Shown here one piece after another: positions 1 to 12,527 of a stretch of DNA of 64,000 nucleotides. Both the position numbers and the translations under genes were made by a program. This DNA comes from Malacoraja senta (taxonomy: Eukaryota). The stretch's first letter is position 1, and each line of letters opens with the position of its first letter. The notes beneath the pieces are model-generated. The model did no database searches and was not told the origin of the DNA. It was given only the letters and a program-made list of their open reading frames with translations. The DNA is taken from assembly GCA_038087875.1 (NCBI GenBank), contig CM075995.1, forward strand, positions 1,800,001 through 1,864,000. Direction: 5' to 3'.

Positions 1-344
1 TTTTAAATGTGATAGTGCCTGCTTCAACTACCTCATCTGGCAGGTCGTTCCTAATCGCCACCTCTCCTTCGTGTTCAATCCCGCAAAAAATGTAATCATC
101 TTGTAAATGCGTAACGACAATGTTTTATACATATTTTTGATGGATGAATTATTAAGATGTTTCGGTTAAAAGAAATGATACTGAGATACTAAAGAAAACA
201 TTATATGGAAAGATGTAGTTTTTTTTAAACTGTTAGTAGGTTGGGTTTCTGAGACTTCATGTCAATAGACAAAAGACAATAGGTGCAGGAGTAGCCATTC
301 GGCCCTTCGAGCCAGCACCGCTGGTTTCATGTCTGGTTTCATAA

Positions 345-690
345 AGTCTTAAGTGATAGGAGCAGAATTAGGCCATTCGGCCCATCAAGCCTATTCCGCC
401 ATTCGATCATGGCTGATCTATCTCTCCCTCCTAACTCCATTCTCCTGCCTTCTCCCCATAACTCCTGACACCCATACTAATCAAGAATCTATCTATCTCT
501 GCCTTAAATATACCCAATGGCTTGGCCTCCACAGCCTTCTGTGGCAAAGAATTCCACCGATTATCCACCCACTGACTAAACAAATTCCTCCTCATCTCCT
601 TCAGAAAGGAACGTCCTTTAATTCTGAGGCTGACCTCTGGTTCTAGACTCTCCCACTAGTGGAAACATCCTCTCCACGTCCACTTTATAA
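345..690 (-). mobile_element. CR1-clade (HER1-like) LINE 3' fragment
   Basis: Reverse complement of the CR1 ORF2 C-terminus/3' UTR repeated throughout the window (ctagactctcccactagtggaaacatcctctccac). Confidence 0.85.
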
Positions 691-998
691 AATACTTTCA
701 TTTTACTTTGATTTTAATCATTTCATCTTCATCTGACAATTCTGTCTAGTTGTTCCCTGATCAGATAAACTCTTTCTTATATTGGCAAACTGAGAGAAGA
801 ATCGGGAAAACATAAAATGAGTTATACTGTCTCTTGGTGTTGATTAATGTTACATTTTGGCCCTGTTTGACTGGCTGGCTGATATACAATCAAACTTCTA
901 GTATTATTTTAAAGAATAAGAGAGTCTGTAAGCAGTAATAGCGATCCTTCAATCCAGGTACCTAAAAGGTGTTGCCGTCAATTAGAAACCAACCAGCT

Positions 999-1421
999 GG
1001 GCTTGTACACTCTGGAGTTTAGGATGAGAGGCTATCTCATTGAAACATATAAGATTGTTAAGGGCTTGGACACGCTAGAGGCAGGAAACATGGTCCCGAT
1101 GTTGGGGGAGTCCAGAACCAGGTGCCACAGTTTAAGAATAAGGAGTAAGCCATTTAGAACGGAGGCGAGGAAACACTTTTTCTCACAGAGAGTGGTGAGT
1201 CTGTGGAATTCTCTGCCTCAGAGGGCGGTGGAGGCAGGTTCTCTGGATGCTTTCAAGAGAGAGCTAGATAGGGCTCTTAAAAATAGCGGAGTCAGGGGAT
1301 ATGGGGAGAAGGCAGGAACGGGGTACTGATTGGGGATGAGCAGCCATGATCACATTGAATGGCGGTGCTGGCTCGAAGGGCCGAATGGCCTACTCCTGCA
1401 CCTATTGTCTATTGTCTATTG
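999..1421 (+). mobile_element. CR1-clade (HER1-like) LINE 3' end
   Basis: ORF 1003-1329 (LEFRMRGYLIETYKIVKG...FFSQRVVSLWNSLP) matches the CR1 ORF2 C-terminus; (TATTGTC)n tail. Confidence 0.92.
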
Positions 1422-1451
1422 AGTTGTTTGGGGAAACTTGCTGAAGAGGAA

Positions 1452-1765
1452 ATGTGTAGGAAGGAACTGCGGATGCCGGTTTACACCGAAGATAGACACA
1501 AACAGCTGGAGTAACTCAGCGGGGCAGGCAGCATCTCTGGAGAGATGGAGTGGGTGACGTTTCCAGTTGAGACACTTATTCAGACTGAGAGACAGTGGAG
1601 AGGGAAACTAGAGGTATGAAAAGGTACAAATGAATGAAAGGTATGTAAAGCTCAAATAAGAGCTGACCAAGGAACGGTGGAGCCCACAATGGTCCTTTGT
1701 TGGCTGTGGACGGGGCGAGAGATGCAGTCTGACCCGCTGAGTTCCTCCAGCACTTTGTGTCCATT
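1452..1765 (-). mobile_element. Penelope pLTR-derived short element with short inverted arm
   Basis: Family sequence GCTGGAGTAACTCAGCGGG...; 14-bp TSD TTGCTGAAGAGGAA at 1438-1451 and 1766-1779. Confidence 0.8.
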
Positions 1766-1933
1766 TTGCTGAAGAGGAATTGGCTGGTGAATGTCCCTCC
1801 ACTATCATAGTCAGTGCACCAAAGTATTACGCGTTAAATGTGAAGCATTTGAAGTCACCTTCTGGGCTTGAAAGCTAATCATTAAATACTTTTATTTTTG
1901 CATATTCAAACTCTGCATTTTAAGAATGTTGTC

Positions 1934-2229
1934 TTAGTTGAGTGTAGTTTAGAGATACAGCATGGAAACAGGCCCTTCGGCCCACCGAGTCCGTGCCGAC
2001 CTGCGATCCCCGCGCACTGGCACCATCCCACACAAACTAGGGGCAATTTACATTTTATACCAAGCCAATTAACCTACAAACCTGTACATCTGTGGGGCAC
2101 CCGGAGAAAACCCACGCGGTCACAGGGAGAACGTGAAAACTCCGTACAGACAGCACCTGTGGTCAGGATCGAACCTGGGTCTCTGGAGCTGTGAGGCAGC
2201 AACTCTACCGCTGCGCCACCGTGCCGCCC
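1934..2229 (-). mobile_element. HE1-like tRNA-derived V-SINE
   Basis: On minus strand: tRNA-like head GGGCGGCACGGTGGCGCAGCGGTAGAG...GGTTCGATCC, V-type core, tail gggccgaagggcctgtttcc. Confidence 0.9.
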
Positions 2230-2462
2230 AAAGCTTATTGATATTGCGTGTCACACAGGAGCAGAATTAGGCCATTTGGCTCCTTTAGCCTGTTCCAGCA
2301 TTCTATCATGACTCATCTATTTTCCCCTTTCAACCTCAGTCATCCATCGCAGAGAATATTCTTACTGTCCAAGCCTGTTTGACCTACTCACATGAAGATG
2401 GACACAAAATGCTGGAGTAACTCAGCGGGACAGGCAGCATCTCTGGATGGAAGGAATGGGTG

Positions 2463-3160
2463 ATCTATCTCTCCCTCCTAACCCCATTCTCCTGCCTTCT
2501 CCCCATAACCTCTGACACCCGCACTAATCAAGAATTTATCTATCTCTGCCTTAAAAATATCCACTGACTTGGCCTCCACAGCCTTCTGTGGCAAAGAATT
2601 CCACAGATTCACCACCCTCTGACTAAAGACATTTCTCTTCATCTCCTTCCTAAAAGAACATCCTTTAATTCTGAGGCTATGACCTCTAGTCCTCGACTCT
2701 CCCACTAGTGGAAACATCCTCTCCACATCCACTCTATCCAAGCCTTTCACTATTCTGTACGTTTCAATGAGATCCCCCTTCATTCTTTTAAACTCCAGCG
2801 AGTACAGGCCCAGTGCCGACAAACGGTCATCATGCATTAACCCACTCATTCCTGGGATCATTCTTGTAAACCTCCTCTGGACCCACTCCAGAGCCAGCAC
2901 ACCCTTCCTCAGATATGGGGCCCCAAATTGCTCACAATATTCCAAATGCCTCCTGACCAGCGCCTTATAGAGCCTCAACATTACATCCCTGCTTTTGTAT
3001 ACAAACACCCTTGAAATAAGTGCTAGCATTGAGTTTGCTTTCTTTACTATCGATTCAGCTTGCAGATTGACTTTTTGGGAATCCTGCACCAGCACTCCCA
3101 AGTCCATTTGCACCGATTTCTGGATTCCCTCCCCGTTTAGAATATAGACATTTGTTTCTA
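2463..3160 (-). mobile_element. CR1-clade LINE ORF2 3' fragment
   Basis: ORF 2478-3215 contains DLGVLV...LYKALVRRHLEYCEQF...QRRFTRMIPG...LWNSLP; its N-terminus runs into an adjacent SINE. Confidence 0.92.
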
Positions 3161-4016
3161 CTTCTCCCCTTGACCTGCGTGGGTTTTCTCTGAGATCTTC
3201 GGTTTCCTCCCACACGCCAAAGACGTACCGGTTTGTGGGTTAATTGGCTTGGTATAAATGTAAAATAAAATGTTCCCTGGTGTGTGTAGAGTAGTTTTAA
3301 TGCGCGGGGGGGGATTGCTGGTCGGTGCAGACTCGGTGGGCCGAAGTGCTTGTTATGGCACTGGCCCATCTACCAGATCTATTCCTCTCAAATAGGAATA
3401 TTCTTCAGAACATTATTAAAGCAAGTGCATTAGTGGGGGGAGAACATTTATTTAATAAAAACTTGTTTCTGAAAAAATGCTATTTCGCAGTAAAGTTTCC
3501 AGGTTATTTAAGGAGCGGGTTTGAAGAGAAATATGTGAATTCAAGCAAAGAAATACCCATGCCTTTAAATATTTAACACTTTTTTGATGAAGTGACATTG
3601 ATGACTGATACAAGGAAGCCTTACGAAAGAGAATATTTAACAAGGTCTTTACAATGTATGATAAACAACACAGTTGCTTGTTTTTATGTTGTAAATGATC
3701 ACAAATTTAACTCATTGTTTATTTTTTCAGTTTAGTTTAGAGATACAGCGCGGAAATGGGCCCTACGGCCCGCCGAGTCTGCACCGACCAGCGATCCCCG
3801 CACACTAACACTATCCAGCATACACTCGGGACAATTTACAATTTTTACCAGGCCAATAAACCTACAAACCTGTTTACCTTTGGAGTCATTCCATGGATGA
3901 CTTTGTTAGAATGAAAGCTAATATAACAGCAAAGGAATAAATGGTTAGTTAACCTGTTTCTGGTTTCTGGTGTTGGTTAAGAAAGTCGTATTCAAAAGGA
4001 TGCCATTAGAAGGTTG

Positions 4017-4150
4017 GGTAGGAAGGAACTGCAGATGCTGGTTTAAACCAAAGATAGGCACAAAAAGCTGGAGTAACTCAGCGGGACAGGCAGCATCTCT
4101 GGAGAGAAGGAATGGGTGACGTTTCGGAACGAGACCCTTCTTCAGACTGG
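4017..4150 (-). mobile_element. Penelope pLTR-derived short element
   Basis: Family sequence with degenerate hammerhead core; flanks AGAAGGTTGG/AGAATGTTGG resemble a TSD. Confidence 0.75.
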
Positions 4151-4159
4151 AGAATGTTG

Positions 4160-4460
4160 GATTTAGTTTGGTTTAGTTGAGAGATACACCTCGGAAACAG
4201 GCCCTTCGGCCCACCGAGTCCATGCCGTCCAGAGATCCCCACACATTAACACTACCCAACACACACACGGGACTATTTTACATTTGCACTAAGTCAATTA
4301 ACCTACAAACTTGGAGTGTGGGAGATAACTGAAGATTGCGGAGAAAACCCATGCATGTCATGGCGAGAATGTACAAACTCCATACAGACAGCACCTGTAA
4401 TCAGTATTGAACCCCGGTCTCAGGTGCTATAAGGCACTAGCTCTATCACTGTTCCACCGT
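4160..4460 (-). mobile_element. HE1-like SINE
   Basis: Same head/core/tail as the other SINE copies. Confidence 0.85.
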
Positions 4461-4464
4461 GCGT

Positions 4465-5130
4465 GGTTCTTGGTGTAATAAAGTAAACATGCAGGTACAG
4501 CAGGCAGTGAAGAAAGCTAATGGCATGTTGGCCTTCATAACGAGAGGATCTGTGTATAGGAGCAAAGAGGTCCTTCTTCAGTTGTACGGGGCCCAGCTGG
4601 AGTATTGTGTGTAGTTTTGGCCTCCTAATTTGAGGAAGGACACCCTTGCTATTGAGGCAGTGCAGCGGGACTGACATAAGAGGAAAGATTGAAAAGACTG
4701 GCCTTGTATTCACTGGAATTTAGAAGGATGAGAGGGAATCTTATAGAAACATATAAAATTATAAAAGGACTGAACAAGCTAGATGCAAGAACATTTTCCC
4801 AATGTTGGGGGAGTCCAGAACCAGGGGCCACCGTCTATGAATAAAGGGGAGGTCATTTAAAACTGAGATGAGAAAAAACCTTTTCACCCCGAGAGTTGTG
4901 AATTTGTGGAATTCCCTGCCACAGAGGGCAGTGGAGGCCAATTCACCGGATGAATTTAAAAGATAGTTAGATAGAGCTCTAGGGGCTAGCGGAATCAAGG
5001 GATATGGGGAGAAGGCAGGCACGGGTTACTGATTGTGGATGATCAGCCATGATCACGATGAATGGCGGTGCTGGCTCGAAGGGCCAAATGGCCTCCTCCT
5101 GCGCCTATTTCCAATGTTCCATGTTTCTAT
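4465..5130 (+). mobile_element. CR1-clade LINE 3' fragment (internally deleted)
   Basis: VKKANGMLAFI...LEYCV...SLEFRRMRG-like sequence, then 3' UTR and TATGTTTC-type tail. Confidence 0.88.
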
Positions 5131-5493
5131 GTTAATATTTAATTTAAAAGACAGCATCAATAAACTGCAGCAATTCTCCACCGCTGTGCTGATGCTTGGA
5201 GTCGACCTTTTTGTTTATGGCTGTGTCATTGAATCTGACGAGGTGATAAAAAAACCCTACCAAATATTAAATGTATTATTCTGCAATCTGCTTCATTATT
5301 TAGGATTATTATTTAGGATTCCATGAGTAGCAACGTTGAATAATATAGAAGATTAACTAATGTCTACATTAGAAACAAATTGTGATACATGTGTATGTAT
5401 TCCTTACTGTTGAAAACTAATATCTCTTCATGGACACAAAATGCTGGAGTAACTCAGCGGGACAGGCAGCATCCCTGGAGAGAAGGAATGGGT

Positions 5494-5521
5494 GACGTTT
5501 CGGGTCACGACCCTTCTTCAG
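5494..5521 (-). ncRNA. Minimal hammerhead ribozyme-like core in pLTR-derived element (5431-5525)
   Basis: Minus strand reads CTGAAGA-A-GGGT-CGTG-ACCC-GAAA-CGTC. Confidence 0.65.
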
Positions 5522-5989
5522 ACTCTCCATAGAGATACAGCGTGGAAACAGGCCCTTCAGCCCAAATTGCCCACACCGACCAACATGACCCATCTACACT
5601 AGTCCCACCTGTCTGCATTTGCCCCATATCCCTCTAAACCTGTCCCAGCCATGTACCCGTCTAATTGTTTCTTAAACGTTGCAATAGCACCCGTAGTCAG
5701 AATCGAACCGGGGTCTCTGGCATTGTAAGCGCTGCAAGGCACCACTGCGCCACCTTGCCACCTCGACTTACTCTAAATCTTTGCATGCTTTTTGCATCAG
5801 CTACTTTTTGTGGAATCAAGTTGTATTCTTTTCACGTATAGGTTTGGGTAATGTTTTTTCTTCTCAATCTCCTTTGGGGTTATTATACTAACCTTATATT
5901 TGACCCTTATTTTTGGATCTCGCCTGCAACATTGTTGTTGCATTCATCAGATCAAATTCTTCAATAGTACTGCGAACCTGTGAATCCAC

Positions 5990-6222
5990 CACAGTGAAGG
6001 GTAGGCCTCTGGGGAGTGTTGTGGAGCAGAGGGATCTAGGAGTGCAGGTGCATGGTTCCTTGAAGGCGGAGTCAGAGGTAGATAAGGTGGTCAAAAAGGC
6101 TTTTGGCACATTGGCCTTCATCAGTCAGAGTATTGAGTATAGAAGTTGGGAGGTCATGTTGCAGTTGTATAAGACGTTGGTGAGGCCGCATTTAGAGTAT
6201 TGTGTTCAGTTCTGGGCACCAA
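5990..6222 (+). mobile_element. CR1-clade LINE ORF2 fragment
   Basis: EQRDLGVQVH...VVKKAFGTLAFI...LYKTLVRPHLEYCVQFWAP. Confidence 0.88.
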
Positions 6223-6431
6223 AGATGTTGCCTTTATGACTATGCATCTATGACTCTCTATGACCTGCATTAAGATGCCTCACAGTCTTCTTCCTGTGAA
6301 ATAAAGTGCAGTTTGTTTAGTCTTTCCTGATGCATTTCTTCTCCTTTGAGCTGCATATAAGTGCGATTGACATACTGTGCGTTGCTACTTTGCATTGACA
6401 TATGATGAAAAAATAGATAGATAGGTTCAAT

Positions 6432-6757
6432 AGAGGGGATCTTATAGAAATATAAAATTCTTAAGGGATTGGACAGGCTAGATGCAGGAAAAATGTTCCT
6501 GATGTTGGGGGAGTTCAGAACCAAGGGTCACAGTTAAAGACCAAGGGGTAGACCATTTAGGACTGAGATGAGGAAACACTTTTTCACCCAGAGAGGTGTG
6601 AATCAGTGGTATTCTCTGCCACAGAAGGCAGTGGAGGCCAATTCACTGGATGTACTCCAGGGAGAGTTGGATATAGCTCTTAAGGCTAATGGAATGAAGG
6701 GATATGGGGAGAAAGCAGGAACGGGGTACTGATTTTGGATGATCGGCCATGATCATA
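6432..6757 (+). mobile_element. CR1-clade LINE 3' end
   Basis: Near-identical to the other HER1-like 3' ends. Confidence 0.85.
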
Positions 6758-6761
6758 TAAC

Positions 6762-7028
6762 ACTGTTTGTATTACTCGTTATCCCCTTCCCCACAGCCAA
6801 CAATGGCCCATTGTGGACTCCACCTTTCCTTGATCATCGTCGCTGACTCTGATCTGTCCTATTGCATATCTTTCATTAATTGGTTCTTTGCACCTTTTCA
6901 TATCTCTCGGTTCCCTCTCCCCCGACTCTCAGCCTGAAGAAGGATCTCGACTTGAAACGTCACCTATTCCTTCTCTCCGGGGATGCTGCCTGACCCGCTG
7001 AGTTACTCCAGCTTTTTGTGTCTATCTC
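6762..7028 (+). mobile_element. Penelope pLTR-derived element
   Basis: cagccaacaatgg...CTGAAGAAGGATCTCGACTTGAAACGTC...ctgagttactccagc. Confidence 0.8.
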
Positions 7029-7943
7029 ACACTCACGAAGACCATCACTCATCTCCCTGAAAATAACCCATATTCCTCCATCCCCTACATATCCTTATGC
7101 CTGTCCAAAAGACTTTTAAATGCCACTAACGTACAGGTATAATGTTTCACCCAGAGAGTTGTGAATCTGTGGAATTCTCTGCCTCAGAAGGCAGTGGAGG
7201 CAAATTCTCTGGATGCTTTCAAGTGACAGAGCTCTTAAAGATAGCAGAGTCATGGGATATGGGGAGAAGGCAGGAACGGGGTACTGAATGTGGAAGATCA
7301 GCCATGATCACAGTGAATGGCGGTGCTGGCTCGAAGGGCCAAATGGTCTACTCCTGCACCTATTGTCTATTGTCTATTGTCTATAAACCAGCATCTGCAG
7401 TTCATTGTCTCCCCACAATCTCCGTGTTGCTGTTCAAGACACATAAAACTAATCACTAAATCATGAGAGGAGTAGATTGGGTCGATGTACAGAGTCATTT
7501 GCCCAGGCTAGGGGAATTGAGAACCAGAGGATATGGTGAGAAGGCAGAAATGGGGTACTGATTGGGGATGATCAGCCATGATCACATTGAATGGCGGTGC
7601 TGGCTCGAAGGGCCAAATGGCCTACTCCTGCACCTATTGTCTATTGTCTAGGTACCTGCTTCAACCACCACCCACAGGTACACAATCTAGGTGCTCGTCA
7701 TCCTCTGTGTACAAAACTTGCTCTGCACACCTCCCTTGAACACTGCCCCTCTCACCTTAAAGCCAAGCTCTCTAGCAGTTGATGTTTCCATCCACCACAT
7801 GAAGACTGCCTCCTTGCAGGCTCAACATTAGAAGGCACAGAAGCACGCAGGCTAACTTGTGCAATAACTAGAGGTACCTAGAGCTCTGCACACTACGTGT
7901 CCTCAAATTATTAAGTACACATCTCTGATCTAAATTCTTCATC

Positions 7944-8205
7944 AACACTTTTTCTCACAGAGAGTGGTGAGTCTGTGGAATTCTCTGCCTCAGAGGGCGG
8001 TGGAGGCCGGTTCTCTGGATGCTTTCAAGAGAGAGCTAGATAGGGTCCTTAAAAATAGTGGACTCAGGGGATATGGGGAGAAGGCAGGAATGGGGTACTG
8101 ATTGGGGATGATCAGCCATGATCACATTGATTGGCGGTGCTGGCTCGAACGGCCAAATGGCCTACTCCTGCACCTATTGTCTATTGTCTATTGTCTATTG
8201 TCTAC
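7944..8205 (+). mobile_element. CR1-clade LINE 3' end
   Basis: Near-identical to 1172-1421; (TATTGTC)n tail. Confidence 0.88.
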
Positions 8206-8857
8206 TGTTCATAGAACATAGAACTATAGAACACAGCACGGGAACGGGCCCTTCGGCCCACAATGTTTGTGCCGAACATGATGCCTATTTGAACTGATCT
8301 CATCTGCCTGTACATGTTCCATATCCCTCTATTCCCTACACTTTGTGTGCCTGTCTGAAGGCCTGTTAAATGCCACCATCGTATCTGCCTCCACCACCAC
8401 CCCTGGCAATGCGTTCCAGGCTGCCACCACCCTCTGTGTAAAAATACTTGCCCCGCACCACTCCATTAAACTTTCCCCCCCTCTCACCTCTAGCTATGCC
8501 CTCCAGTGTTGGTCATTTCAACCTTGGGGAAAAAGGTTCTGACTGTCTACCCTATCTATATGCATCTCATAATTTTATATACTTCTATCAAATCTCCCCT
8601 TAATCTCCAACATTCCAGAAGCACACGTGGTCACCAGACATCACTAGTCAATAAACATCTTCCATCCTTTGCAACCTTGAACATTGCAAAGCTATATTTC
8701 TACTCTGTATAATATCCTTTCATATTCCTAATCAAGCAATGGAATTCAACGAGACTTTTAGGTGGAGACAGAATAGGAATGTTCACATTTATGATTAGAA
8801 AGTTAAATACATTTCTGGAACGTAAAATTTTCCCCAGGGATTTCTGACTTCATTGAA

Positions 8858-9457
8858 GGGCGGCACGGTGGCGCAGCGGTAGAGTTTGCCTCGAAGCGCC
8901 TGAGACCCGGGTTGGATCCTGGCTACGGGTGCTGTCTGTGCAGAGTTTGTACGTTCCCCGCCCCCGTGACCGCGCGGGGTTTCTCCACATAATTCAGTTT
9001 CCTCCCACAGTCCAAAGATGTGTGAGTTTGTGGGTTATTCGGCTTCTGTAAAATTGTGTTGGATGTGCAACTGGGATAACAGAGAACTAGTGAACAAGTG
9101 ATCGTTACGTTGTCACGGTGGTGCAGCGGTAGAGTTGCTGCCTTACAACAAAATGCAGCGCCAGAGACCCGGGTTCAATCCCGACCACGGATGCTGTCTG
9201 TACGGAGTTTGTACGTTCTCCACGTGGGTTTTCTCCGAGATCTTCGGTTTCCTCCCACACGCTCCAAAGACGTACAGGTTTGTAGGTTAATTGGCTTGAT
9301 TAATTGGCTTGATAAAAATGTAAAAATTGTCCAAGTTGGCGATATGCTGAGTACTGCCCTACCGACTACAAGATTCAGAAGGTTCGTTAGTCGGTGCGGA
9401 CTCGGTGGACCGAAGGGCCTGTTTCCACGCTGTATCTCTAACCTAAAACTAAACTAA
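8858..9457 (+). mobile_element. Two tandem HE1-like SINE copies
   Basis: tRNA-like heads at ~8858 and ~9113; the second ends in (AACTA)n. Confidence 0.85.
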
Positions 9458-9488
9458 GTATCCTAGTGAGTGGATCTGCCCAAACATC

Positions 9489-9606
9489 CCCGCCCCCCCC
9501 CCCCCCACCCTACATCAGTCTGAAGAAGGGTTTCAGCACGAAACGTTGCCTATTTCCTTCGCTCCATAGATGCTGCTGCACCTGCTGAGTTTCTCCAGCA
9601 CTTTTG
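9489..9606 (+). mobile_element. Penelope pLTR-derived mini-element (UUCG-type subfamily)
   Basis: Perfect 14-bp TSD TCTGCCCAAACATC at 9475-9488 and 9607-9620. Confidence 0.8.
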
Positions 9607-9686
9607 TCTGCCCAAACATCTTCAGTTCTATAAAGCAGGCAGCGGAAGATGTTTAAAGCTGTTCAACAATGCAACAATTTATCAGT

Positions 9687-9714
9687 CTGAAGAAGGGTTC
9701 CGACCCGAAACGTC
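9687..9714 (+). ncRNA. Minimal hammerhead-like core in pLTR-derived element (9682-9798)
   Basis: CTGAAGA-A-GGGT-TCCG-ACCC-GAAA-CGTC; element flanked by AA(T/C)GCAACAATTTA duplication. Confidence 0.65.
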
Positions 9715-10039
9715 ACCTATTCCTTTTCCTCCAGAGATGCTGCCCGCTGCGTTACTCCAGCATTTTGTGTCTACAACCCAGCATCTGCAGTTCCTTCCAA
9801 CGCAACAATTTAATATTCACACAGCACTATCTCTATGAAAAATGTACATTGCCTGCAGGTGTACATGGTATTATTCTTACCGACCCATTGAAGTGTGAGT
9901 GATACTGGGTGGGAAAGAGAGCCAGGGTCCCAGGCAATTCTGTCGATGCCAGCAACAGGGTTAGGTTAAAATTGCCTGCAAAGCTTCAACCTTATTTGAT
10001 TGTACAACACATTTGTTCCATCTTAAAAATGTTAATGTT

Positions 10040-10350
10040 TAGTTTAGTAGAGTTTAGTTTGGAGATACAGTACAGAAACAGACCGATCGGGCCCACCGAG
10101 GCCATGCCGACCAGTGACCAGCTCGTACACTATCTTACACACTGGAGACAATTTACAATCTTAACCAAAGCCAATTAACCTACAAACATGCACGTCTTTG
10201 GAGTGCGGGAGGAAACCAGAGCACCCGGGGAAAACCCACGCAGGTCACAGGGAGAACGTACACACTCCGTGCAGCCAGCACCCCTATTCAGAATCGATCC
10301 CAGGTCTCTGGTGCTGTGAGGCAGCAACTCTACCGCTGCGCTACAGTGCT
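10040..10350 (-). mobile_element. HE1-like SINE
   Basis: Family similarity. Confidence 0.85.
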
Positions 10351-10364
10351 GTTAAGGAATGTTA

Positions 10365-10814
10365 AGGGGCTGTCCCACTTGGGCGACCTAATCCGCGAGT
10401 TTGCCCTCGACTCATACTCGCAGCATGGTCGACACGAGGTCATAGGAGGTCTTCGTAACTCTCCTTCATGCTCGAGAGTGGTCTCCGCGTACTCGAGGCC
10501 TCAGCTAGGTCGCCATTGACAAAATCAATACTTTTTTTACTCGTAGGTTTAGTCATAGTAGGTCGGCATGTTAGTCATAGGTAATCGAGGGTAGTCAAAG
10601 GTAGTCGTAGATAGTCTTCATCATAGTCGAAGGGAGATCGAAGGAGATCGATGGAGGCCGTCTTCACTCTCCACTATTCAGTGTCCAATTTCCCCGAAGT
10701 TAGTCGTAGCTAGTCGAAGCTGGTCTTCTACATAGTCGAAGGAGGTCTTCAACATGTCATTTTTCCAAACTCTTCTAAACTCGCCAATTAGATCGCCGAA
10801 GTGGGACAGCCCCT
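10365..10814. mobile_element. PIF/Harbinger-like MITE
   Basis: TIR AGGGGCTGTCCCACTT...AAGTGGGACAGCCCCT; TTA on both sides (10362-10364, 10815-10817). Confidence 0.8.
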
Positions 10815-10817
10815 TTA

Positions 10818-11231
10818 TAAAAAATGTCATGTTGAAGACCAGCTTCGACTAGCTACGACTAATTTCGGGAAAATTGGACACCGAATAGTGGAGAGTGAAG
10901 ACGACCTCCTTCAACCTCCCTTCGACTATGATGAAGACTATCTATGACTATCTTCGACTACCCTCGATTACCTACGACTAACATGCCGACCTACTACGAC
11001 TAAACCTACGAGTAAAAAATGTAGCGATTTTTTTCCATGACGACCTTTTTTTACTCGCGGGCATTTTTTAACATATTGAAAAAAACGCCGCGACCTAGCT
11101 GAGGCCTCGAGTACGCGGGGACCACTCTCGAGCATGAAGGAGCGTTACAAAGACCTCCTACGACCATGCTGTAAGTAGAGGGCAAACTCGCCAGAACTCG
11201 CGGATTAGGTCGCCCAAGTGGGACAGCCCCT
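10818..11231. mobile_element. Inverted partial copy of the preceding MITE
   Basis: Reverse-complement homologue of 10365-10765; ends in TIR followed by TTA (11232-11234). Confidence 0.8.
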
Positions 11232-11544
11232 TTATTCTGAAAAATGAGGGATGATCAGATGTAAAAGTTTGAAAATGTTACTGTGGTTTTGATGCCAACA
11301 GCAATATTGAATGAATGATTGACCATGATCTGTCTTGTGCACCAAATGAGCAGGTGAATTAATTCAAAGGAACCCACAATGGTGTCTTCTCTGAGGACAG
11401 GTTGCGATAATTTTACTCTTAAAGCACTGATCCAAAGCTGACACTAAAGTGGAATATGATCACCAGCAGTCAATTAGCCCGTCAACAAAGGGTTGCTGAT
11501 TGCTTTGGGCTTTGTTGGCAATGAACTTGCAACGGATATTAATT

Positions 11545-11682
11545 ACAAGTCTGAAGAAGGGCCTCGACCCGAAACTTCGCCAATTCCTTCTCTCCATCGA
11601 TGCTGCCTATCCCGCTGAGTTACTCCAGCATTTTGTGCCTTATCTTCAGTTTAAACCAGCATCTGCAGTTCCTTCCTACACA
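11545..11682 (+). mobile_element. Penelope pLTR-derived short element
   Basis: CTGAAGAAGGGCCTCGACCCGAAAC followed by the family 3' arm. Confidence 0.78.
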
Positions 11683-11812
11683 TTTTATTACAAGCCAAGT
11701 GTACAAAGGTGCGATACTGAATGCATCTTTGTTTGGCAAAGATCCCTGAGCTGTTTTCCATCTTTTATAACATTATTTAATAAAATGGATGTGTGTAATA
11801 AAAAATATCTCA

Positions 11813-12115
11813 GGGGCGGCAAGGTGGCGCAGCGGTAAAGTTGCTGCCTTACAGTCCCCGGGATCGATCCCGACCACAGGTGCTGTCTGTACGGAGTTTG
11901 TACCTTCTCCCCGTGACCTGCGTGGGTTTTCTCCGAGATCTTCGGTTTCCTCCCACACTCCAAAGACGTACAGGTTTGTAGGTTAATTGGCTTGGTAGAA
12001 ATGTACAAAACAGTCCCTTGTGTGTGTAGGATGGTGTTAATGTGCGGGGATCGCTGGTCGGTGTGGACCCGGTGGGCCGAAGGGCCCGTTTCCGCGCTGT
12101 ATCTTCAAACTAAAC
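11813..12115 (+). mobile_element. HE1-like SINE, near full length
   Basis: Head, V-core and tail all present. Confidence 0.9.
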
Positions 12116-12119
12116 AAAG

Positions 12120-12527
12120 GCTTGTTTTCACTAGTGTTTAGAAGGATGAGGGGGGGTCTTATAGAAACATATAAAATTATAAAAGGACTGGACAAGCTAG
12201 ATGCAGGAAAAATGTTCCCAATGTTGGGGCGAGTCCAGAACCAGGGGCCACAGTCTTAGAATAAAGGGGAGGTCATTTAAGACTGAGGTGAGAAAAAACT
12301 TTTTCACCCAGAGAGTTGTGAATTTATGGAATTCCCTGCCACAGAGGGCATTGGAGGCCAAGTCACTGGATGGATTTAAGAGCTCTAGGGGCTAATGGAG
12401 TCAAGGGATATGGGGAGAAGGCAGGCACGGGTTATTGATAGGGGACGATCAGCCATGATCACAATGAATGGCGGTGCTGGCTCGAAGGGCCGAATGGCCT
12501 CCTCCTGCACCTATTTTCTATGTTTCT
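12120..12527 (+). mobile_element. CR1-clade LINE 3' end
   Basis: GESRTRGHSLRIKG...LWNSLP; 3' UTR and tail. Confidence 0.88.
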
